From IMG/VR virus record IMGVR_UViG_3300009376_000009: 64,000 nucleotides of DNA; one strand, written 5' to 3'. The position numbers and the translations under genes are program-made. Shown in pieces: positions 57,118 through 64,000 of this stretch. Origin of the DNA: an uncultured virus (IMG/VR IMGVR_UViG_3300009376_000009). Lineage: Duplodnaviria; Heunggongvirae; Uroviricota; Caudoviricetes. The notes under the pieces are model-generated. The model was not told where the DNA came from. It saw nothing but the letters and a program-made list of their open reading frames with translations, and did not search any database. The first letter of the stretch is position 1; each line of letters begins with the position of its first letter.

Positions 57118-58389
57118 TCAAATCAACTCCTTAATCTCTTCAAACATCGGCGCACGCTGGTCGCCCTCATCTTGAGCGAGTGTGCCGTTCCATGCCTTAG
57201 CCCATGCGTTCCAGCAGCGAGCATAGATTTGCTCATCTGAAGTAACCATTACGCCGTTGAGGAAGTTAGCGACTACTCGCTGCTCCCCCTCGGAAGCGAC
57301 TATTGGTGTGGAATCGTCAGTCAAATCGTCAACAGGCTCCATTACGACAGGCTCTTCGGTAGGATGAGCCTCTTCCCAAGAAGAGATTAGGTTCTCGATT
57401 GTGTCTGTCTTGAGGTCTTCGTGACCGGACATACCCAATTCGGTTGCTCTCTCAACAAGGGCGGAGCGTGCCTCTTCCTCTCGTGCAGCCTCGGCGTCAG
57501 TAAACTCCTTCACTTGAGCCTGACTCATTACGAGTTGTGCTTTGAGGTCTTCGATTTCGTCTGTGCTGTCGGGAATCTCAGTTACTATCTCATCGGTCAT
57601 AGCGGTCACCTTCTCACAGTTGTTATTCTCGGAAGAAACTGAATGACTTATCAAGGTTGCCTCCATAACAGGGGTTTCAAGCCTCTCAACTGATTCTATG
57701 TTCGCTTTTTCATACGCAGGCCGATGAACAATAGCCAAATGGTCGAATGTGAAGTCTTCTCCGAAGATAATTCCATCTTCATCAGCCTGAATAGGTACTC
57801 CTGAGCCTCCAATGGAAACCCCATAGTCAGAACGAAGCCACAAACCGGACTCAAGAGCCTCAAATAATTCGGGCCTCATTACGTGCGCGATATATCTGAC
57901 TTCGTAACCCCCATCAGTTTTAGGATGAAAAGAGGCAGCATGAATTACCCCAACTACTGCTTTATCCACCCCACCATCCATATTGCGGTCAAAACCTGCA
58001 CCGCCTTCGATAGCATCAGGATGATTGAGAGTTAAATCGGCCCCCTGCATCTGCCGTGCGACATTTCTCGCTCCTTCCTCAGTCACAGCCCAACCATTCT
58101 TATTCAGGCCATCATGGAATGCTATGCCTCGTATCTCTATAATCGTATTTCCTGTCGTTGCTTCAACAACGCTTAGTGCTGAGTCTATATCAAGGTCAAT
58201 AGTAACTGCTATCTTGCGGCACTCCCCATCAATCAACTTCTCATCAGGAGCGCAAACCTGAGTTGCGTATTTCCGCTTTCGCTTCTTCCGCTTATCTTTG
58301 CGTGGGGCTTCTGCGATTACTTCTGTTACTTGGATTTCGTCGCAACAACTGCCCTCGCATCCACACGACATGGTATATGTAGCATACAT
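57118..58389 (-). CDS. Prohead protease with C-terminal scaffold
   Basis: NKNG, LNH, GVSIG, HLAIVHRPAY..A, followed by an acidic coiled coil. Confidence 0.85.
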   Translation of the reverse strand: MYATYTMSCGCEGSCCDEIQVTEVIAEAPRKDKRKKRKRKYATQVCAPDEKLIDGECRKIAVTIDLDIDSALSVVEATTGNTIIEIRGIAFHDGLNKNGWAVTEEGARNVARQMQGADLTLNHPDAIEGGAGFDRNMDGGVDKAVVGVIHAASFHPKTDGGYEVRYIAHVMRPELFEALESGLWLRSDYGVSIGGSGVPIQADEDGIIFGEDFTFDHLAIVHRPAYEKANIESVERLETPVMEATLISHSVSSENNNCEKVTAMTDEIVTEIPDSTDEIEDLKAQLVMSQAQVKEFTDAEAAREEEARSALVERATELGMSGHEDLKTDTIENLISSWEEAHPTEEPVVMEPVDDLTDDSTPIVASEGEQRVVANFLNGVMVTSDEQIYARCWNAWAKAWNGTLAQDEGDQRAPMFEEIKELI

Positions 58390-58404
58390 AGTGTCTTAAG
58401 AATC

Positions 58405-58764
58405 CTACGATATACCCTCTATGATGCCCCACGTCAGTAACTCATTGATTACGTCCTGTATCGCAGCATAGTCCTCAATATCGCAAGTGGTATCAGTATA
58501 CACGTAACCAACCTCATATTCTTCGTAGGTTTCAGGCCCAACGAATACCCTATACCCCTTCTTATCGTCTTGATAATCCAATGAAACGTAGAGAATGAAC
58601 ATTCCATTATCGTTTTCCTTCGCTATAACCTCTCCTTGAGTATCGTAACACGTCATAACCGGGTTATGAGGGGAGAAAAAGCCGCTACTACTGCTTCCGA
58701 TGAGTAAAAGGAGTAGAAGAGTAACGGCTGTCGCCTCGCGCATTAGCCCTCCAACCAATACCAT
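58405..58764 (-). CDS. Membrane-anchored small beta protein
   Basis: N-terminal hydrophobic helix and VFVGPETYEEYEVG. Confidence 0.7.
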   Translation of the reverse strand: MVLVGGLMREATAVTLLLLLLIGSSSSGFFSPHNPVMTCYDTQGEVIAKENDNGMFILYVSLDYQDDKKGYRVFVGPETYEEYEVGYVYTDTTCDIEDYAAIQDVINELLTWGIIEGIS

Positions 58765-59729
58765 TTCTCGTCATTCAATACGGCTCCGTAGTATACTCTG
58801 AATTGTATACTGAGATAATCCTCTCGCGTAACGTTGAAGAAATCAATGTAGTGATAATCCCAATCGTAGTGGTATGTGTCGTAGGTGGATGAACCATTGT
58901 AGAGAAGACGTAGTTGGGACGTTGTTGTCGTATTATTGATGTAGACGTCAATTGTTACGGTAACTGTAACATTCGCCATACAACTGAAATCAACATCGAA
59001 GTCATTCAGCAATTTACTGCTATTCGTAGTGTTGTTGGTATACCAATAAGAGTTGACTGAGTAGAAGAAAGCATCGCAATCCTCTGTGACTTCCTCTTCC
59101 TCTTGCTCATATTCACAAGAGCCATCATCGTGAGTAGCGGTTTCGTTGTAGTTAAGGGCTACGGGGTCTGTGCAGCCATATATCGCTTGTTCCTGCTCCC
59201 CTTCATCAAAATCGAAATCAATGACTACGTTCTCAAATAGGTCTATGGTTCCGTTTTCAACCTCAATAAAGGCGTGATGCGTTCCTTCGCTCAAATTATG
59301 AAATCTCTCCGCAAAGAAATACTGATTACGGAATGCGGGGCTTACTCCACTTCGTTCCTCCCCATCCAATGAGATGTAGTATTCAATAGTGTGTGCGGTG
59401 TTACAGTAGTTATCATCTTGTAATTCAACATTGAATAAGGCGTCGTATTCGATAACGTAATGATTTACGTTTAGGCTCCAAGACTCTTCACAAGAATGTG
59501 GAGTTATGTCGGGGTCATCGTCCTCTGCCCCCAACCAAGCGATACCGAAATCAATACCACTCTGATGAAGGCCGGTCATCAATAGAGCAAGAATAGAGCC
59601 TATTGTGATTATAAGCGACCTTAACTCAGTAAAGCGGTCATTCAATTCAGAAATGATGCTTGGCTCATCATGCCTATGGGGATGAGAGGGAGTTACCTCA
59701 TGTGAGTGTGTTGCATCGCTCGCGCTCAT
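58743..59729 (-). CDS. Membrane-anchored acidic surface protein
   Basis: TM helix, GCTDPVALNYNETATHDDGSC motif, many N-x-S/T sequons. Confidence 0.8.
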   Translation of the reverse strand: MSASDATHSHEVTPSHPHRHDEPSIISELNDRFTELRSLIITIGSILALLMTGLHQSGIDFGIAWLGAEDDDPDITPHSCEESWSLNVNHYVIEYDALFNVELQDDNYCNTAHTIEYYISLDGEERSGVSPAFRNQYFFAERFHNLSEGTHHAFIEVENGTIDLFENVVIDFDFDEGEQEQAIYGCTDPVALNYNETATHDDGSCEYEQEEEEVTEDCDAFFYSVNSYWYTNNTTNSSKLLNDFDVDFSCMANVTVTVTIDVYINNTTTTSQLRLLYNGSSTYDTYHYDWDYHYIDFFNVTREDYLSIQFRVYYGAVLNDEKWYWLEG

Positions 59730-59736
59730 ATCTTAG

Positions 59737-60063
59737 TCATGGCGCGAGTGTTTCTTCAAAGTTGAGGGAGTCTGAGATAATTTCCGCGTTTGCAACGAAG
59801 CGATTCTTACAGATAATTTCACCGTAGGTTTCGTTTATCGCATACTGCTCGTAGATACTTGGGGTAACATACAACCACGAATCGCGGGTGTCGTTGGTAG
59901 TTACAATTAGCACAAAGACAATGTTGTTCGTGCCTTTATTCGTTACTATGGTGTTCTCACGGACTTCACAGAAAGAGGCATCCAAGAAAATGCCGGTGAC
60001 CCCAATCGAAGCGCACATGAGTAGTGCTACTATCCCGATTGCAACTTTTTTCTTGCTAGACAC
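59737..60063 (-). CDS. Membrane-anchored small beta protein, paralogue of 58405-58764
   Basis: KKK plus hydrophobic helix, and LYVTPSIYEQYAIN. Confidence 0.7.
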   Translation of the reverse strand: MSSKKKVAIGIVALLMCASIGVTGIFLDASFCEVRENTIVTNKGTNNIVFVLIVTTNDTRDSWLYVTPSIYEQYAINETYGEIICKNRFVANAEIISDSLNFEETLAP

Positions 60064-60092
60064 CCTTATTCATGCTGATAGCGTCGGGGTGA

Positions 60093-61484
60093 TTAGTCAA
60101 CATTTCCATCATAATCTTCGTTTCCGGGCTGAGAGTTTTCCAAAGGTGTTTCGCCAACGTTTGCAGGCTCTAAGTCCTTCCTTTCATCTCCATCTGCTTC
60201 AAGGGGTAGATTCAACATATCAAGAGTTTGATTTAGGGTTAAGATACCGTTACTGTAACCCAATACTGCTCTCTGCATAACATTCAATGGGGTTTCGCTA
60301 TCCATCGCGTCAAATCGAATTACCGGCAAATCTTGTCTGCGGTATGGAATATTGAGTAAATCCAAGTGAATGCCGAAAAGGGCTATGCAGGCTTCTCCAA
60401 GAATCTTGTGCATTCGACTAATCGCTTGAACAGCCCATAGATTAGCATTGAAAGTCGCAGCGAAGGTGCTTCCGCGCTCCTGTCCTGCGGCCACACGCGG
60501 CACTTGAAGCACAGCCGCAATATCTGCGTTTATTGCGTCTAAAAAGTCGCTACTGTTAGGCAGGGAGTTTTCCAAGTCTACATGATGCAATTCTACGTAG
60601 TGGGGAAGGACAGGGATTTGGTCGCCTCGTAGACCTTCAAAGAGCGATATTACCTCGTCCATAATGTGAGTTAGTCGTTCATTCTGTTCTGCGGGGTCTT
60701 GAATATGCTCAATCGCCTCCTTGTTAATCGTAATGAATTGCTTGGTCATTGAGTCCTCAAGCGACAGTCGGTTATTCATCGAGTTATACTTCATGCGTAT
60801 GGCTTGCTTTAGGGCCGAGAATCGAGAAGCACCCCAAATACCGTAAGTTTTCCGTCCTCTGTTATCCACGAACCAATTGCTGCGGTAATCAATCTTGATA
60901 TGCAGAATCTCGTTAGCAGGGATTTCCTTAGCATTAAGTTTCATTTCCCTTAACAAATACTTCGTGGCTCTCGTTATGGGATTGTCTTCTGTCGCATCGA
61001 AAATAGAATCTATCCCGCCTCTTTCGTCTACAATAGTAATCTGCTTAACAGGAAGGTTCTGTAAGTCAGTAATACCGACTCCTGCCTTTCCGACTATCTT
61101 ATTCACATCGTTCCCATATACCATCATGTTTCTCATGGCGTTGATGAGAATATCATCGAAATCAATGCGCTCTTCTACCAATTCACGTATAGCATCTCTG
61201 ATTTGAGCGTTCTTCCCCTTCTCGTAGTTTACTTCGTAGTTATTGGCTGTGAGCGATACCGCACGAACAGCCCCATTCAATTCAGGGTCAAGTTTCAGCA
61301 TCAAGTCATACATATCAAACTCGTTGTCGTAGTTACTATCGCTCTGTAACCTCTCTGTATCTCGCATGACGTCAGGAATACCCGCAACAGCGCGAAAACT
61401 CTTATTCGTAGGGATTCTACCGCTTGCGGTCTGCCTCTTTGGTTCGCTTCTCCAAAACTGATACCATTTCGGCCCTTCTACCAT
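60093..61484 (-). CDS. Portal protein
   Basis: MVYGN, EILHIK, YGIWG.S, IAAVLQVP, GILTLNQ...ML. Confidence 0.9.
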   Translation of the reverse strand: MVEGPKWYQFWRSEPKRQTASGRIPTNKSFRAVAGIPDVMRDTERLQSDSNYDNEFDMYDLMLKLDPELNGAVRAVSLTANNYEVNYEKGKNAQIRDAIRELVEERIDFDDILINAMRNMMVYGNDVNKIVGKAGVGITDLQNLPVKQITIVDERGGIDSIFDATEDNPITRATKYLLREMKLNAKEIPANEILHIKIDYRSNWFVDNRGRKTYGIWGASRFSALKQAIRMKYNSMNNRLSLEDSMTKQFITINKEAIEHIQDPAEQNERLTHIMDEVISLFEGLRGDQIPVLPHYVELHHVDLENSLPNSSDFLDAINADIAAVLQVPRVAAGQERGSTFAATFNANLWAVQAISRMHKILGEACIALFGIHLDLLNIPYRRQDLPVIRFDAMDSETPLNVMQRAVLGYSNGILTLNQTLDMLNLPLEADGDERKDLEPANVGETPLENSQPGNEDYDGNVD

Positions 61485-61595
61485 GATTATCCCTTAAAAC
61501 AAGTGCCTTATCAACTTTCGGCTGTTTTTCGCATTATTTCGGTTTTTTCAGCGATTTTCAGAAAGAATTAACTGTGTGACTGCTCCCCTATACCC

Positions 61596-61713
61596 CAATT
61601 CCTTTATTCCTTCAAAGACGTAGATAATAGAATATGCTTACTATCTCATAGTTACTCTAAGAACAGGAGGGGGGCATCTCCAAAATAGCCTCTTTGAAGG
61701 AATAAAGGAATTG
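61596..61713. repeat. Perfect 23-bp inverted repeat with 72-nt spacer
   Basis: CAATTCCTTTATTCCTTCAAAGA (61596-61618) and its reverse complement (61691-61713). Confidence 0.9.
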
Positions 61714-61812
61714 CTTTACTTCTTCGCAGTATGCCGATTTAATTATTTTTCGGCCTATCAAAATTACCGAAAGAAAGAATGATTATAACTCACCTGTTGC
61801 TCATCTTGTTCA

Positions 61813-63297
61813 ATGGGGGCGGAACCTGTCGCTGGTGGCTATACGGGCCGCACCAAGTTTGTCGGCGGACAAGACCTAATTGAGAAGTTTGCTCAAGAAC
61901 GAGCATTTGCGAGCGAAATGGACTTTGCTCGATTTTTGCATGAAATTGAGCCGAGGCGAAGCGTTAGTGGTTGGCGTGCTGCTATCAGTAGATGGAAAAT
62001 GGAGGATAAGAAGAACATCTTCCAAATCCCTCCTGATGAATACAGCGAAACAACCCCCTCGCGTATACGTGTTTACCACGACAAGGCAAATGACGTCTAT
62101 CTGACTATGTTGGATAATGCAAATGAGATGATTGCTGTTAGTGGCGAAACACACAGGGAAATGAGAAAAGCATACTCCAAAGATGGCTCTAATCTCAGTA
62201 TGAGGGAAATGAGCCGTGAGTTTGGCTTCCCCGAATCATGGGTTTACGAATACGTCAAAATTAACCGATGGAATCACCAAATGGATATTCACACCGATGA
62301 AGAGATTCAAAATCGGTCAGAAGAAGACCTTGTTCAAGAAATTGTAGATACTAAACGGAATATAGTCTTGGAAAAGGCTAATCGAAAATATTGGCGTGAA
62401 ATATCGAAAGATGCCGACAGAATGCGTCTTCTTGACGATTATCTGCTGAATGAGTTTAGAGAAGCACTAAAAACGCAGAATCTTGCTCCTAAAAAGGTCA
62501 CAAAACTGAAAATGGCGAAAGCAGAGCCATTTGCGGTGGTAATTTCCCCTACCGACCTTCATTTCGGTGAAAAGTGTTGGGTAGACGAAACCGGCAACGA
62601 ATATGATACCGAAGAAGCCCGATTGAGGCTTCTTGATAGGACTGAGAACCTAATTTCTCGACTTCCGGGTCGTCCTGAGAAGATTTTTCTTGCTACGGGT
62701 TCTGATTGGTTCCATGTTGATAATCCACAAGGTTCTACAACGAAAGGGACGTTACAGGATATGTCTACGACCCCAACTCAAATCTTCATGGATGGTTGTC
62801 TATTGGCGAGAGAACATATTGAGTTGCTGAGAAAGGTTTCTCCTGTTGAAGTGGTTTTTATGCGAGGTAATCACGATAGACACATGGCTTTGGCTCTGAT
62901 GATGTATCTTAGTGCGGTTTACGAGAATACTGATGACGTAAAAGTAATATGCAACCCAATGATACGTCAATATCTTACATGGGGTAATAATCTGCTTGGC
63001 TTTACGCATGGTGATGGGGTCAAAGGTAATGATTTGCCTCTTCTTATGGCTACTGAGGAACGAAAGGCTTGGGGTGATTGCGAACACCATACTTGGTTTC
63101 ACGGACACCTGCACCACATGAAGTTAACTGAGAAGGGTGGAACGACTGTTGTTCAATTACCGAGTTTGGCGGGAAATGATAGATGGACGTTTAGTAAGGG
63201 GTATACTGACTCAAGACCGGGGATTTGCGCCCATCTTCTCGACAAGGACTTAGGGTTAATTGGTAACCTATTTGCTCCGGTGATTTTGGATGAGTAG
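61813..63297 (+). CDS. Calcineurin-like metallophosphoesterase with N-terminal HTH region
   Basis: DLHFG, GSDWFH, GNHD, HGD, GHLHH. Confidence 0.9.
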   Translation: MGAEPVAGGYTGRTKFVGGQDLIEKFAQERAFASEMDFARFLHEIEPRRSVSGWRAAISRWKMEDKKNIFQIPPDEYSETTPSRIRVYHDKANDVYLTMLDNANEMIAVSGETHREMRKAYSKDGSNLSMREMSREFGFPESWVYEYVKINRWNHQMDIHTDEEIQNRSEEDLVQEIVDTKRNIVLEKANRKYWREISKDADRMRLLDDYLLNEFREALKTQNLAPKKVTKLKMAKAEPFAVVISPTDLHFGEKCWVDETGNEYDTEEARLRLLDRTENLISRLPGRPEKIFLATGSDWFHVDNPQGSTTKGTLQDMSTTPTQIFMDGCLLAREHIELLRKVSPVEVVFMRGNHDRHMALALMMYLSAVYENTDDVKVICNPMIRQYLTWGNNLLGFTHGDGVKGNDLPLLMATEERKAWGDCEHHTWFHGHLHHMKLTEKGGTTVVQLPSLAGNDRWTFSKGYTDSRPGICAHLLDKDLGLIGNLFAPVILDE

Positions 63298-64000
63298 TTT
63301 CAATACTGATTTTGCTATGGCGCGTAGTCGTACTGATGTGAAATATTTCTACCGATGGCTTGGTTATACGTGGGGGGAGCATATTGGCGAATGGATGGAG
63401 ATGTATGGGGCGCGTGATGATTCCTCTGTTCATCGTGTTTGCGTAATTGCTCCACGTGACCACAGCAAATCTACTACTCTGCGGGTAAAACTACTTCACT
63501 CTGCTCTTTTTGAGAAGTGGCGTAACAAACCTTTCACCTGTTGGCTCTTTTCAGCAAGCAAGGACTTGGCTATGCGACGTTTGGAGGAAATTAGGGAGGA
63601 TATGAAGCGTCACCCTCAACTCAGTAAGTATCTCAATACGAAAAGAGGCAACAAACTTGAATTACATTTCAATAACGGGGCATGGATTCGTGCTACTTCG
63701 GTTGGAGCCGCTATTCGTGGGGAGCATCCCGCCTGTATTGCATTTGATGACGTTCTTGACGATATGGGCGATATGGATTGGACGAATATTCGACATTGGT
63801 TCCGAAAGAAGGTCACTCCTATGCTTAGTCCCGGCACTTCCATATATGTCGTCGGCACACCGATGAGTATGGTAGACCTATACCATAGCGAGATGTTACA
63901 GAATGAGGCTTGGAAATCAGGCGTATGGTCGAGTATTCCTAATTGGGATGAATACAAATCAAATCCCGATATAGAACCGGAAGCACTTTGGCCTGAGTTT
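63290..64000 (+). CDS. terL: Terminase large subunit (truncated by window end, not in ORF track)
   Basis: Translation from ATG 63290 gives IAPRDHSKST (Walker A), IRGEHP..IAFDDV (Walker B) and VVGTP. Confidence 0.9.
   Translation, partial: MSSFNTDFAMARSRTDVKYFYRWLGYTWGEHIGEWMEMYGARDDSSVHRVCVIAPRDHSKSTTLRVKLLHSALFEKWRNKPFTCWLFSASKDLAMRRLEEIREDMKRHPQLSKYLNTKRGNKLELHFNNGAWIRATSVGAAIRGEHPACIAFDDVLDDMGDMDWTNIRHWFRKKVTPMLSPGTSIYVVGTPMSMVDLYHSEMLQNEAWKSGVWSSIPNWDEYKSNPDIEPEALWPEF

Noticed and set aside
1..64000. tRNA, rRNA, integrase, intein or transposase
   Set aside because: None was recognised by eye. A tRNAscan or Rfam run is still needed.

Overview
The window is most of the genome of a tailed dsDNA archaeal virus with a long non-contractile tail. 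The archaeal-type replisome (MCM-like helicase, RFC, PCNA-like clamp, PolB, AEP primase, XPF nuclease), TATA-box promoters and gene order suggest a magrovirus infecting Marine Group II/Poseidoniales; this assignment is inferred. Layout: (1) 1-3.6 kb is an array of seven leftward single-transcript cassettes, saturated with ~50 GTTACAAAAC repeats. (2) 4.2-30 kb holds rightward early and replication genes. (3) 30-61.5 kb holds leftward tail and head genes ending in the portal. (4) After a 23-bp inverted repeat come a rightward metallophosphoesterase and a truncated large terminase. The most novel signal is a DNA-level motif system. A 20-bp palindrome sits exactly 17 nt from the TATA element of all seven cassettes, and its half-site also invades coding sequence. 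One cassette slot appears to carry a structured RNA rather than a protein. A second promoter class has ACGCTTGCGA exactly 29 nt before TAAG. A strand-polar TAAAAGTAA motif recurs at least 22 times across the early/replication region. All counts and spacings were made by eye and product calls come from recognised motifs, not database searches.
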